Below the pieces are notes generated by a model, which worked only from the letters and a program-made list of their open reading frames with translations, searched no databases and was not told where the DNA came from. The translations under genes were made by a program, and so were the position numbers. This document shows positions 23,151 to 35,100 of a stretch of DNA of 64,000 nucleotides, piece after piece (within the stretch, counting starts at the first letter, position 1; each line of letters starts with the position of its first letter). Origin of the DNA: Azolla caroliniana (lineage: Eukaryota; Plantae; Polypodiophyta); contig JBHGNT010000005.1 in NCBI GenBank assembly GCA_043228905.1, positions 18,662,001 to 18,726,000 of the forward strand. The letters run 5' to 3'.

Positions 23151-26075
23151 TCACTTCGGCATGGGATGTCTCTCCAATCCGATCCTCTTTCGGCATGCTT
23201 CCAGCTTGTCGGGTGTAAGTACCTTGGTCAGCATATCCGACCCGTTCTCGTCCGTGTGGATCTTCGTCAGCACGAACTCCTGATCTTCTATCCTTTCCCG
23301 GATCCAGTGATATCTTCGCTGGATGTGCTTCGTCCGGGAGTGATAGGCCGCGTTCTTCGCAAGGTGGATGGCACTCTGACTGTCGCAGTAGAGTCGATAC
23401 TCCTCCTGCCGGATACCGAGCTCTCTAATGAAGTCCTTCATCCATATTATTTCCTTGCCGGCTTCAACAGCCGCCATGTACTCCGCCTCCGTGGTTGACA
23501 ACGCAACCGTCTTCTGCAGCCTCGACTGCCACGAAACAGCTCCCCCTGCATACGTCATCACATACCCTGATGTGGACCGGCTGGTATCTGCATCAGCCGA
23601 CATATCCGAATCGGTAAAGCCGTCAAGTTCGGGCTTACCGGAGCCGAATCGGAGGCACACGTTTGCAGTACCCTTTAGGTATCGGAGTATCCACTTGACC
23701 GCGTTCCAGTGCTCTTTGCCGGGATTGCTCATGTACCGGCTCACCACTCCGACTGCATATCCTATGTCCGGTCTTGTACACACCATTGCGTACATCAAGC
23801 TCCCGACGGCAGAGGCATATGGTACTTTCATCATGTCCTCCTTCTCAGCCTTTGTCTTGGGACTTTGCTTGCTGGACAGCTTGCAGTTTGCCGGGAGAGT
23901 CGACCCGACTGGTCTTGCTTCCGACATGTTGAAACGTTGAAGCACCTTTGTCACGTACTTCTCCTGTGATAGCCACAACTGCTTCTTCTTCCGGTCCCGG
24001 ATGATGTGCATCCCTAGTATTTGCCTCGCCGGACCCAGGTCCTTCATTGAGAAGGTTCGGTGAAGAGCCTTCTTCAGCATCCGTATCTTGACCTGGTCCC
24101 GTCCGACGATCAACATGTCGTCCACGTATAGGAGGAGTATTAGAGAGTCTCCTCCGTCGAACTTCTTCACAAACACGCAGTGATCGGACTGCGTCTTGTG
24201 GTACCCTTCGTCGGTCATGAAGGAGTCGAACTTCCGGTACCACTGCCGGGGAGCCTGCTTCAGTCCGTAAAGGCTCTTCTTCAACCGGCATACCAGGTGC
24301 TCCTTCCCTTTCTTCTCGAATCCTTCCGGTTGCTGCATGTAGATCTCTTCTTCGAGGTCACCGTGAAGGAATGCCGTCTTCACGTCCATCTGTTCTACCT
24401 CGAGGTCCATGCTTGCCGCTATGCTCAGCACCGTCCGGATGGAGGTCATCTTCACTACCGGGGCAAATATCTCGTCGAAGTCGACGCCCTTCTTCTGCTG
24501 AAACCCCTTCACCACGATCCTGGCTTTGTATCTCGGGGGGTTTCCGGCATCTCCCGGTTTCAGCTTGAACACCCACTTGTTTCGAAGTGCCCGCTTTCCT
24601 TTCGGCAACTTCACAAGTTCATATGTGTGGTTCTCATGCAGGGAATCCATCTCCTCCTGCATGGCACTTAACCACCTGCGGCTATGGGTGTCATGCTTTG
24701 CTTCTTCAAAGCTCTCTGGCTCCCCCTCGTCGGTTAGCAGCACGTGCTCTGGTTCCGGAAATCTCCGGGGGGCCCTCCTCTCTCTTAGAGGATATCTCCG
24801 TTCCGGAGCTTCGGTAACCGGCTCCTCCGTTTCCTCTTCATCCGAATCCATTTCGGGATCGGGGCCGGTTCCGGTATCAATTTCATCTTCCTCGGCCGGT
24901 TCTGTTTCTTCACCGTCTTCGGCCGGATCCTCGAGTGCTAACCGGTCCCTTGCCGGTCGGGACTGCTCCTCGTAGAGTTGATCCTCACCGGTCGACTTGG
25001 AGCTCTTCATCTTCTTCTCCGACTCCCAGTCGGCGAGTGTCTTGTCCTCCATGAAGATGATATCTCGACTCCTGAATATCTTCTTGTCGACCGGGTCCCA
25101 TACTCGGTAGCCGAACTCGTCGTCGCCGTAACCGAGGAATATGCATGGCCGGGTCTTTGGATCTAGCTTTCCTCTCCGGTCCTTTGCCACATGCACGTAT
25201 GCGAGACACCCGAACACCTTCAGATGCCGGTAGGACACTTCCTTACCGGTCCACACTTTCTGCGGCGTGTCTCCGTCCAAAGGTACTGAGGGTGATCTGT
25301 TTATCACGTATGTCGCCGTCGACATTGCCTCAGCCCAAAACCCCTTGGGTAATTTTGCATGCGCCAGCATACTCCGGACCCTCTCCATTATGGTCCGGTT
25401 CATCCTCTCGGCCAGCCCGTTCAGTTCCGGCGTCTTCGGCACAGTGAACTCGAGCCGGATTCCCATCGAACGGCAATACTCCTCAAATTGCCCTCGGTAT
25501 TCTCCTCCGTTATCCGCTCGTATTGCTTTCAGCTTCTTGCCGGATTCCCTTTCCACTCTCGCGTGGAGTTCTTTGAAGACGGACAATACTTGGTCCTTTG
25601 TCTTCAATGGTGCCGTCCACAGCTTCCGGCTGTGATCATCGATGAACGTTACGAAGTACTGGGCTCCGCCATGTGACTTCGTTTCTACTTGACACACGTC
25701 AGTGTGCACCAGCTCCAGTGGTGCACTACGTCTCGTCGGTGGCCTTGAGTGGAAGGAGGTCCGGTTTTGCTTACCGGCCAGACAGTCGGTACACTTCCCC
25801 AAGTGTACATGCTTTACCGGTATCAGGTTGTCTTCGGCAAGCCTCTTCATCCCCTTCTCGCTCATGTGGCACAGTCTCTTGTGCCACAGCTCACCGGCAG
25901 TGTCGGCTACCACGTTCAACTCTTCCGGACATAACCGGGCATTCATCAGGTACAACGTGTTAACTTTCCGGGCCCGAGCCACTATTAGACTCCCCTTGCT
26001 GAACTTCATTACGCCGTTCTGGATGCTACCTGTGTAGCCTTCATCATCTAGCCTCCCGGCCGAAATCAGGTTCAA
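23151..26075 (-). CDS. pol: Copia Pol (GAG-pre-integrase, IN, RT, RNase H), 974 aa open frame, frameshifted from gag
   Basis: Motifs [36 protein letters not shown] and SDMLTK. Confidence 0.92.
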   Translation of the reverse strand: MNLISAGRLDDEGYTGSIQNGVMKFSKGSLIVARARKVNTLYLMNARLCPEELNVVADTAGELWHKRLCHMSEKGMKRLAEDNLIPVKHVHLGKCTDCLAGKQNRTSFHSRPPTRRSAPLELVHTDVCQVETKSHGGAQYFVTFIDDHSRKLWTAPLKTKDQVLSVFKELHARVERESGKKLKAIRADNGGEYRGQFEEYCRSMGIRLEFTVPKTPELNGLAERMNRTIMERVRSMLAHAKLPKGFWAEAMSTATYVINRSPSVPLDGDTPQKVWTGKEVSYRHLKVFGCLAYVHVAKDRRGKLDPKTRPCIFLGYGDDEFGYRVWDPVDKKIFRSRDIIFMEDKTLADWESEKKMKSSKSTGEDQLYEEQSRPARDRLALEDPAEDGEETEPAEEDEIDTGTGPDPEMDSDEEETEEPVTEAPERRYPLRERRAPRRFPEPEHVLLTDEGEPESFEEAKHDTHSRRWLSAMQEEMDSLHENHTYELVKLPKGKRALRNKWVFKLKPGDAGNPPRYKARIVVKGFQQKKGVDFDEIFAPVVKMTSIRTVLSIAASMDLEVEQMDVKTAFLHGDLEEEIYMQQPEGFEKKGKEHLVCRLKKSLYGLKQAPRQWYRKFDSFMTDEGYHKTQSDHCVFVKKFDGGDSLILLLYVDDMLIVGRDQVKIRMLKKALHRTFSMKDLGPARQILGMHIIRDRKKKQLWLSQEKYVTKVLQRFNMSEARPVGSTLPANCKLSSKQSPKTKAEKEDMMKVPYASAVGSLMYAMVCTRPDIGYAVGVVSRYMSNPGKEHWNAVKWILRYLKGTANVCLRFGSGKPELDGFTDSDMSADADTSRSTSGYVMTYAGGAVSWQSRLQKTVALSTTEAEYMAAVEAGKEIIWMKDFIRELGIRQEEYRLYCDSQSAIHLAKNAAYHSRTKHIQRRYHWIRERIEDQEFVLTKIHTDENGSDMLTKVLTPDKLEACRKRIGLERHPMPK

Positions 26076-27172
26076 TCGAACCTCCGGAACGTGTCGGACA
26101 TCCTAGTTGTTAACCACACGTCTCCTATGCCGGCAATCCGGCATGTACCTTCATTTCCCATCCGGACACAACCATGCTCACCGGCTGTGTAGGATGAGAA
26201 GTATTTCTTCTCCGGGGTCAGGTGGAACGACGCTCCGGAATCGACCACCCAGGTCATCTCTTCACCGGCAAGATTCAGCTCCCTCTCTTCGGTAATGAGC
26301 ATGATCTCCTCTTCACTTGCCGCGAGTGCCGTCGTTCCTTTCCGGTCCTGCCCTCGCCGATCCGGACCTCTCCGGTCCGTGGCTCCCCGGTATGCACCGT
26401 TTCTCTCCGGTGACTTCTTCGAATCGGTGTCGTCGGCTCCGTTGTCCTTTCGGTAATGCCGACAATTCTTCCGGAAGTGCCTCCTTCCTCTTGACTGCGA
26501 CCGGGTCCCCGACTTCTCCCGTCTTTGCGGACTCCGGTTCCATTGTCTTCCCCGATCCGATTCGGTAAGCAGCGCCTTCGGGTCGGAGGCCGGTTCTTTG
26601 TCTCTCCGACGCGCTTCTTCGTTCAAAATACTTGTCTTTACCGTTTGTAGAGACAAGTTATCTTCGGTGCAGGAGGTGCTGAGAGTCACCACCAAGTTCT
26701 CCCAGCTTTCCGGCAATGTACACATCAGAATGATGGCTTGCATTGCATCCTCCAGCGGGAACTTGATTGCCGCAAGCTGGTTCACGAATCCCATGAACGT
26801 GCTTACGTGTTCCACCATACTCTCGCCGTCCCGGTACTTGAGGTTCACTATCTTCCTCATCAGGGAGGTCCGGTTCAACGCATTCTTCCTCTCGTAGAGG
26901 CCCGACAGCTTCCGCCACATCTCGTATGCGTTGGTGTCGTTCGCCACATGTTGCAGAACACTTACATCGACATATTGCCGAATGGTTGCAACGGCTTTCC
27001 GGTTCAGAAGCCTCCATTCCGTCTCAAGTACCCCCTTCGGTATTTCCGACCTGTCAATCGGTTCGTACAGGTCCCGAACAATCAGAAGATCCTCCATCTT
27101 GATCTTCCAGTCGGCGTAGTTCTGCGCATTCAGTACCATCATCCCCGGCTGCCCGCTGCTGCCGCCTTCCAT
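26072..27172 (-). CDS. gag: Copia Gag-protease, with deleted zinc knuckle and a frameshift near 26105
   Basis: MEGGSSG start after the PBS, UBN2-type gag and WVVDSGASFH. Confidence 0.88.
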   Translation of the reverse strand: MEGGSSGQPGMMVLNAQNYADWKIKMEDLLIVRDLYEPIDRSEIPKGVLETEWRLLNRKAVATIRQYVDVSVLQHVANDTNAYEMWRKLSGLYERKNALNRTSLMRKIVNLKYRDGESMVEHVSTFMGFVNQLAAIKFPLEDAMQAIILMCTLPESWENLVVTLSTSCTEDNLSLQTVKTSILNEEARRRDKEPASDPKALLTESDRGRQWNRSPQRREKSGTRSQSRGRRHFRKNCRHYRKDNGADDTDSKKSPERNGAYRGATDRRGPDRRGQDRKGTTALAASEEEIMLITEERELNLAGEEMTWVVDSGASFHLTPEKKYFSSYTAGEHGCVRMGNEGTCRIAGIGDVWLTTRMSDTFRRFD

Positions 27173-27243
27173 TTTCTGCACTGCCGTCGCTCTGATACCA
27201 CTTTGTTGCGAATCAACGCTCCGATTCGCCTTCACCGTTCCGA

Positions 27244-27343
27244 NNNNNNNNNNNNNNNNNNNNNNNNNNNNNNNNNNNNNNNNNNNNNNNNNNNNNNNNN
27301 NNNNNNNNNNNNNNNNNNNNNNNNNNNNNNNNNNNNNNNNNNN
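27244..27343. other. Assembly gap (100 N) inside the 5' LTR
   Basis: Run of N. The sister LTR predicts ~414 bp missing. Confidence 0.98.
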
Positions 27344-28864
27344 AATCCGGATCTCTTTCCGGGTACATTCATCATCCGGCTCCGTAGCCGGGTCTTCGTC
27401 ATCCGGCTCCGTAGCCGGGGTCTTCATCATCCGGATCCGTATCCGGGTACTTCATCATCCGGATCCGTATCCGGGTACTCTTCATCCGGCTTCATACCGG
27501 GTATTCTTCATCATCCGGAGAGTGCGCTCACCGGACCTGTATCTTCATCCGGTTCCGTAACCGTAACCGGGCTTGCCGTCATTCATCTCCGGACATCCCA
27601 TCCGGAGGGACCGATATCCCAACAGATTCCCTTGAGTTCCTTCCGCTTAAGCGGATGACATCGGGTCGTTATTTTGAGCCATTAAATGATTATTTCTAGA
27701 AAAGAAATAGGATAAGGTTAGAGAGATAGTCATAACATCATGTCGTGATGTAAACATATCATGGGTGAACATTAATCGATATCATTATCTCACGTCAATA
27801 CCCCTCTAGACATATGAGATGAGGTTCAAGATCAGGTTACTATGGTAACACAAAGGTGTTTTAAAAACCATGGGGGTGACAAATAAATGTCTTTCCTTGA
27901 TCTCTATATCGATTTTTTCGTGGCAGCTCCCCGAGCCTCAACCATGTATGTCCACGTCATGAGTAGTTTATACACGAAAAAAATGTTAACAATAAACTAT
28001 GTTTCTGTGCCCACATATGTGGTTTCGACTCTTTAAGTCCTATTACGAGGACCCCGAAGCGCACTTAGACCCCAAGTCTAAACATGTGTTACAGTCATAT
28101 GTATCAACGATGTTGTATGGTATTGGTCATATTTGAACTCGAGACCTCGAGAACAAATACATTAAACGCTTGAGCCAACCAAGTAGATTGCTCTTCTTCG
28201 AATGTTTAATGTTTCATGCGTATAAGAGATTTTAGAGGCATTTGTCCATATATATTTTTTTAAAAGAAACATATATGTCAAGAGTCCGTATTTCGCCCTC
28301 ATTAACTACAACTATGTTGGTACGTTACCTAACCTCAAGTCTCGTAATTACGATGGCATACACCAAAGTGCAACCTAATGGTCAAGCCAAATGAGCCCTC
28401 TTTTCGTAGTAGGCCCACGTGGCCCATCACATGGTCACATCATTACGAATGCCTCTCATAAGAATGATCTCATGGTGGCATTGTATCCATGTAATGAGGG
28501 AGGGATGTTGGATACGTGTGTCATAGGAGCGACCTCACATGAATTGGGTCAAACCCTACGTACTCAACATCATTATGGCTATAAGTGTTTCTTTACGTAA
28601 CGAAATATCAAAGTCACCAACGGGGATTTCAACAATAAAAAATTGATGAAAAAAGGGATGGTGACAACACTATTCTCACAAAAATGTGAGGACGGCCACC
28701 AAGATCCTTTCCCCAAAAAGGAAAACATTCGATTTAAAATTACGTAATAACTTATATACACATATGTATATTATCACATATATACAATCAACTACGTATA
28801 CATGTGACCACATATGCCTATATTAAAGAAATCGTTATATTTAATAGCCAAAAATGACGTAATC

Positions 28865-29107
28865 GAGGCATATACCTCTACGCACACAAGACATCCAAAA
28901 ATAAGGGTTAATCGTAATACACAATTGAGGTATTTACCTCTTATGTATACGAAACCAAACGCATATCATATACAACGAATCGAGGTATTGACCTCATACG
29001 CAAACGTAACATATGTTTGTGAACGTAGTACGCAATTGAGGTATTAACCTCGTGCGCATACGACACTCATCACACATTCAATATATGTCAAATGAGGTAT
29101 TGACCTC
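28865..29107. repeat. Array of GAGGT-N4-ACCTC palindromes with a 55-62 bp period in the chromovirus leader
   Basis: Units at 28865, 28927, 28982, 29038 and 29094. Equivalents in copy A at 15711, 15775, 15831, 32073 and 32129. Confidence 0.8.
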
Positions 29108-32100
29108 GTACACATATGTAAACGTTTTATATAACCAAGTAATTACCACTACAACATCATTGAATCTATAAAAAAAAATTACATATTAACCATACACATG
29201 ATTAAATTGGGAGAAGAAAGAATAGAAAAAACAAGAAAGATTACTAAAGTTCCTTTGTTGATCCTTGTTTGCATCAAGGCCGAACGCATGTAGATCAATC
29301 GCCATCAATCAAGAACACAAAACACAACAAAAGAAACATTAGAAAATGAGCTCCGATACAAACTATTAGAGACATAGACTAATGTAAGCATTAGATAAGG
29401 ATAGAAAATAGATAAATAGATAGAAAGGAGAGAGGGAAAGAAGGGTGCCGATCCACCCGACCACGCCCAAGTGAAGGGATCAAGACGGACTCGAGCCTCG
29501 ATCGCCGTCCCATACCACCATCGTGGCGTCGAGTCGTACCTGGTGTTGGTGCACTCACTACAAGAGTTGACCCACCACAAGACAGAGTTTGGATGTAGTG
29601 AACAAGATAATGAAATGAGGGTAGTTAGGCCTCTTATTTATAGCGATACCCAAGGTCCCCAGCCATGTTCACACTTGGCCTAATCAGTTGTCTCAATCCC
29701 GAGGATTAATAGTAATCCTCCCCTTCTTTACACTCTCGTTTAACCCTCACACTTATCCACCTGTATAGAATACTACGGTAAATTCTCACCACGGGATATT
29801 ATATAGTCATGCCCGTAACAGCCGGACTCGTTCCGTACCCTCGATCATCTTCTTCTTGAATTCCGACCTTCGCCTTGGTCGATCTTTCTCCCCATGTAAA
29901 GAGGGCGCTCGTTCCGCACCATCTTCCGTATCGACACCTTCATACCAAACCCGTCCCCTGTCGATCGGGCCCTACTGCCTCTCCCTTGTCTTCCGTGTCT
30001 CGGGCCGGTTTCGGTGGAACGATCCACATCCGGATCGTGCTCCATCCGAATCAAAATGCCGACCAGTTCGATCCCCGGTCGGGTCGACTTCCGATTCCGC
30101 TCCCTTCGGCGCCAACTCTCATTTCCTCCTTCTCTACCGCGGCTCCGTCCTTGATTTCCTCGCAAGCCGTTTCCCATCCATCTTCGCTGGCATCGTGCTA
30201 GGACTCCGGTCTTATGTCGGCACACGGGCTCGACTGCCAGAGTCTCCGGAATCCGAGTGGAGGGCTCTTCTCCACTCCCTACCTCCTCCTCGGCCGGTCT
30301 TCCTCCGCAAGTCGAGAGGGCGTCTTGCTCCACACCCTCTCCCGTGGTACAGTCATACCATTCTTCGGCCTCTGCCTAGGCCATGTCCGCCTTGTTCGGA
30401 AGGTCGACTAGCTCTGAGTCTTCGGAATCCGTCCGCGTGCCGTATCTCTCTTCTTCGTCAACCATCACCTTCAGAGCCTCGTACGCTTCCCGGACCAAGG
30501 CTTCGACATCGAGCTTCGCCTATCCTTCTTGTTGCGTGCCCACTTCATGTCGTGATGACGCGTCGTCGCGCGTTATCTTCCCTTTACCTTTCGCGGACCG
30601 CTCCTCATCCAACCGTTGACATACTCGTTCGACTTCCGACCAGTCCTCGGTAAGGCCATTCTCTCCGTCGTCATCTTCGATCTCAACTCCGATGGCCTCC
30701 CGTTCCGCTTGGTTGATCGACCTAACGAACAACGGGACTTTGTCCACCCCCACCAGACTTTGTTCCCGCTCTGGGAGCCAAGCAAGTCGCCGCTCGAACT
30801 CTCGGAATGCCTTCGTTGCGACCCACTTCGCCGATGCAACCCACTGGTTGAAGTCATGTCGTCCCTGGCTCTTCGACCATCCTCAGTATGCCTGCAAGAG
30901 TGCCTTTTCGAAGGCCTCCCACGAACTATGACCTTCTCAGAGCTCCTTTACTTCCGCGTGCATACAGATGGCGACAACCCGACAGAAGAACTTCAGCCTC
31001 AACGCTTCGTCTATGCCTCGCACCTCCATTTCTGCGTTGTAGGCTTCCAAGTAGAATGGGACTTTGTCCCCGTTGAAATTGCCGACTCTTTCAACGACTT
31101 GCTCAATAACTTGTTGCGTCGCTTCTCGTCTCATCGTCACTCGTCCGAAATCCAACACCACTTCAGCCACCATCTCCGCGAAGTCTTCATCTTCCAACTC
31201 CATCCTCCCTTGCCGCCCTTTCACGTCGGGTTCACCAAAGATGTCGCGGTAATCCACGCTCATGTGTTAGATCCGGGGTGGGACCACAGGGATCTTGGAC
31301 CTGAGAAAGACGGAGCATGGAAGGTCGAGCTTCATAGTTCCCGGTGACCGGCCAAGACACCAACCATAACATTTCCGGATACATATCGGGAGCAACCGAA
31401 TGAGAGAGGGGAAAGGACGCGCACGCAACACTGACTAGACACACACATCCTATGTACAGAAACCAGAAAGAAGGAACTCCAAAGACACCGACATAGACAC
31501 ATATGCACAGAACTTCACTATATATATATACAAGAGCAAGATACAACTCTAGCCTTGAGCCGGACCAAGGTAGATTAGGTTACAACAGCGTTCTGCTGCC
31601 AAGCCGCCGATCGCAGAGCTCATGGGCTAGTCGGGCCGAGCGGGGTCTTGCATAGGAGACAGACCGAAAGAGAAATCCCCTTAGGACATATGAGCTCTAA
31701 ACGGAACTAAACCCTAAATAGACACGAAGAAGAAAACCTCAAAGAAACTCTAAAAGAAAGTAAGAAGAAGAAAGCTACCAAACCCTAGATCTAAGTGGTA
31801 TACCCTCCTAACCCAAAATTGCAACCCTTTTACAAGGGACCCTCCCTTCCTTTTATAGTCCAAGGAGGGAGGGACGTTACAATGTGGGATAAATCCCTTA
31901 TTACATGGGATTCTATGTCCCAACTTAACTCCTATTCGGCGCCATAAAGGCACCCCATTATCTTACACGAGTATACAAGGGTGAGTGCTCATGCCGCACC
32001 CTGCCGATATTCCCAATAGGCCCGGTTTTCTCACTATGGCTGTGAATCTTCCCAACAACGTAATACGCAATTGAGGTATTAACCTCGTACGCATACGACA

Positions 32101-35100
32101 CTAGTCACATATTAAATATATGTCAAATGAGGTATTGACCTCTTACACATATGTAAATGTTTTATACAACCAATTAATTACCACTACAACATCATTGAAT
32201 CAATGAAAAAAAATTCATATTGACCATATACATTATTAGTTGGGAGAAGAAAAAATACAAAAAAAAACAAGAAAGAGTTACCGAAGTTCCTTTGTTGATC
32301 GCTATCTAGATCAAGCTCGATCGCATGTCGATTGATCACCATCCAACAAGAAGACAAAAACAAACAAAGGAAACATTAGAAACATAAGCTTTGATACCAA
32401 CTGTAAGAGTTATGATATAAAGTAAGCATATGATAAGGATAAAAGATAGATAGATAGAAAGGAGAGAGAGAAAGAAGGGTGTCAATCCACCCAACCATGC
32501 CTGAGCGAAGGGATCGAGACAGACTCGAGATTCGATCAGCGTCCCATACCACCGTTGTGGCGTCGAGTCATACCTAGTGCTGGCACGCTTGCTGCAAGAG
32601 TTGACCCACCACGAAACAGAGTCTCAATGTAGTCAAAATATGATGAAATGAGGGTAGCTAGGCCTCATATTTATAGCGATACCCAAGGCCCCCAGGCAAG
32701 TTCACACTTGGCCTAATGGGTTGTCTCAATCTCGACGATTAAAAGTAATCATCCCCTTCTTTACACTCTCGTTTAACCCTCACACTTATCCACGTGTATA
32801 GATTACTACAGTAAATTCTCACCACCGAATATTATATGGTCATGCCCGTAACACTGTATCCGTAAGCTAGGAATTTGAAATTCCATCGGCATGACTGCTT
32901 CCAATCCGAACGCTAACTGAAATGGTGTTGTCCGGATACTTGTCTTATATGTTGTCTGGTATGCCCACAATGCGCTTTGTAGCTTTGTATCCCAGTTGGT
33001 CCGGTTTTCGTTTATGATTTTCCGGAGAATGTTCTGGAGCGTTTTATTGGTGGACTCCGCTAATCCGTTGGCGTGCGGGTAATATGGCGTACTTCGCTTG
33101 TGCACCACCGCGTAGAATGTCGTTAAGATTCCCACAACCTATCCGAGGAAATGTCCACCTTGGTCAGTAATAAGCTTGATCGGACAACCGTATCTGCACC
33201 AAATGTTTTCATATAAAAATTTAGTTGTGGATGTCGTGGTATTGTCTCTGAGTGCTTTGGCTTCCACCCACTTTGTACAGTAATCGGTTGTCATAATTAC
33301 GTATCGGTTGCCGATTCTCATTGCCGACGGTTTGATTAGTCTAACAAAATCCAGTCCCCTTTTTTGAAAGGGGTCTAATGGCAACACCGGTTGATGAGGC
33401 ATCCGTGCTTGCTCCGTCGGTTGGCCCATTCGCTAACAAAGGTCGCATTCCCATACCGAATGGCATCCTTCAATGTTGCTTCTCCAAATTTTCCTTCTCG
33501 TAGTGTCTCCGGCATAGTGGCCTCCGGCCACTCCGCAATGGGCTTCTCATAGGATTGCCTCCTTCTCATCACTCCAGACTGCACGTTGCCAGATTCTGTC
33601 GGATCCTTTATGGTACAACGTGTCCTGTAATAAGCAAAAATGTCGACTCTGTACTACCAACCGCTTCCGTTCATCCTAATTCAATTCTTCCGGAGGCAGT
33701 CTGGTGCTCAGGAACTGGTGCATATAGGTAAGCCACTTATCCACTGAATCCATCGAGGAAGCTATATACTTCGTGATCGGCTACCGCGTCCAGAACTGCA
33801 TCCATAAATGGGAGTGGAAACGCATCCATTACCGTTGCTGCATTTAACTTCCAGTAATCCACACAGACCCTAATTTTGCCATTTTTCTTGGAAACGACCA
33901 CAATCGGGCGTAACCATGTTGCCTGCTTCACCAGACTGATAAAACCGACTCGAAGTAATTTAACAATCTCTTCTTTCACTCTGGCCGCATAGTTCGGATT
34001 CATGCGGTATCGTCTCTATGCTACCGGTTTTGCGTCCTTGCTCAGGTGAATTTGGTGCTGATACAGCCATGTGAATACGTCTTTGTACGACCATGCGAAT
34101 ACGTCCCGTTGTGACACCATCGCTGATTTTTTCGACGATGGCATTTCTTTTGCCACATTTACCGGTTTCGATTCCCCCCGGTTCCGAGGTTCACTTCCTC
34201 CAATTGCGATGCTCTTACTCGTTGTGTTACTACCATTTCCTGTTCCAAGGATTCCTAGGCTTAACGTAATTCCCAGATTGTGTCCCGATCCGGCTCATCA
34301 CTGACTTCTTCCGGTTGCACAATATACGGGGTAACTGCTTCTGCAACGTCCACTTCAAACAATGGAACTATCCTTGGATGTTCGTCGAGGTATCAATCTA
34401 CCTCTTCGTTAGCTAGCCCTTCTAGCATGTTCATGCTTTCCGCATATAGTGGCGTCAACTCCTTACTGGCACCCATTCGTGGGTGTGTCGGTACTCGCAC
34501 TTTTGCTTTGCCTCGCCGGAAAGTAATGATATTCTTCTGTCAATTCTATTTTATGTGCATCGTCCGCAGCCATGGTCTTCCTAGCAACAAGGGATATCCT
34601 CCTTGTACGTTTCATTGTAGAACCACTGCGGATATCCGGAATGCATGTCCACCGATTGTGACCTCCACATCCTAGATCAGTCTTGTTGGCCGGTCCAAAC
34701 TAGTATCAACCATCCGGAGCCAGAATGGGCATGGTTCCCATTCCCGGATCCCCAACGTATTGCATGTACGTTGGCTAATTACATTCACTCCCGATCCGCC
34801 ATCCGTGATTGTTCCCGGTACATCTCGTGCTTTGACGATGACTGTGATTGCAGGGCTGCTCATGTCCACGACGGCCGGTACTTCTTTCGGATTCGAAAAG
34901 AATGTTGGAGCCCGTGCGGAGTTTTGTGGGGCCAATACCGATTTCAGCCCATCGGTGAATCGAGGCACTAATTGCAGCAAACAGCCTAGTGGTAGCATAA
35001 CCTAGCAGTCCTATAATACATGCCACATTGGGTTCTCGTCATGGTCTTTGTTGGTTCCTCCGGACATTTCATTTGTTCTCGTAATTCAGTCACGTTCCAT

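Larger units (their letters stand above)
22408..27624 (-). mobile_element. Full-length young Ty1/copia (Tnt1/Tork-like, copy E)
   Basis: TSD GATTC (22403-22407 and 27625-27629). 3' LTR 22408-23140; 5' LTR 27204-27624 contains an N gap. PBS 27189-27200, PPT 23141-23154. Confidence 0.95.
21503..29820 (-). mobile_element. Second chromovirus copy (A'), 3'-truncated after gag
   Basis: 5' LTR 29364-29820 is homologous to 7905-8388. Decayed iMet PBS ~29350-29361. Leader and gag are homologous to 13590-15875. Confidence 0.88.
15876..32057 (-). mobile_element. tRNA-Trp-primed gypsy (copy B) inserted in the leader of copy A
   Basis: Two 816-bp LTRs (15876-16691 and 31242-32057), Trp PBS 31220-31237, gag remnant ~30500-31203 and 4-bp TSD ACGT. 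The empty site is seen in the paralogous leader near 29021. Confidence 0.9.
7905..32853 (-). mobile_element. Chromovirus-type gypsy (copy A), decayed, host of several nested insertions
   Basis: 3' LTR 7905-8388, 5' LTR 32402-32853, TSD TTGTA/CTGTA, iMet PBS 32388-32399, PPT ~8389-8400. Gag ~13600-14535, PR/RT 12504-13500, RH, IN (SDRDPKF, HPQSDGQTE), GPF motif and a chromodomain-like tail. Confidence 0.9.

Noticed and set aside
22830-23498. 222-aa ORF, and the TPATEPDDE N-terminus of ORF 26072-27430
   Set aside because: They result from translating LTR tandem repeats and reading through the N gap.
28865-29107. CRISPR-like repeat-spacer appearance
   Set aside because: The repeats are only 14 bp, the spacers are mutually related, there are no cas genes, and the array lies in a plant retrotransposon leader.
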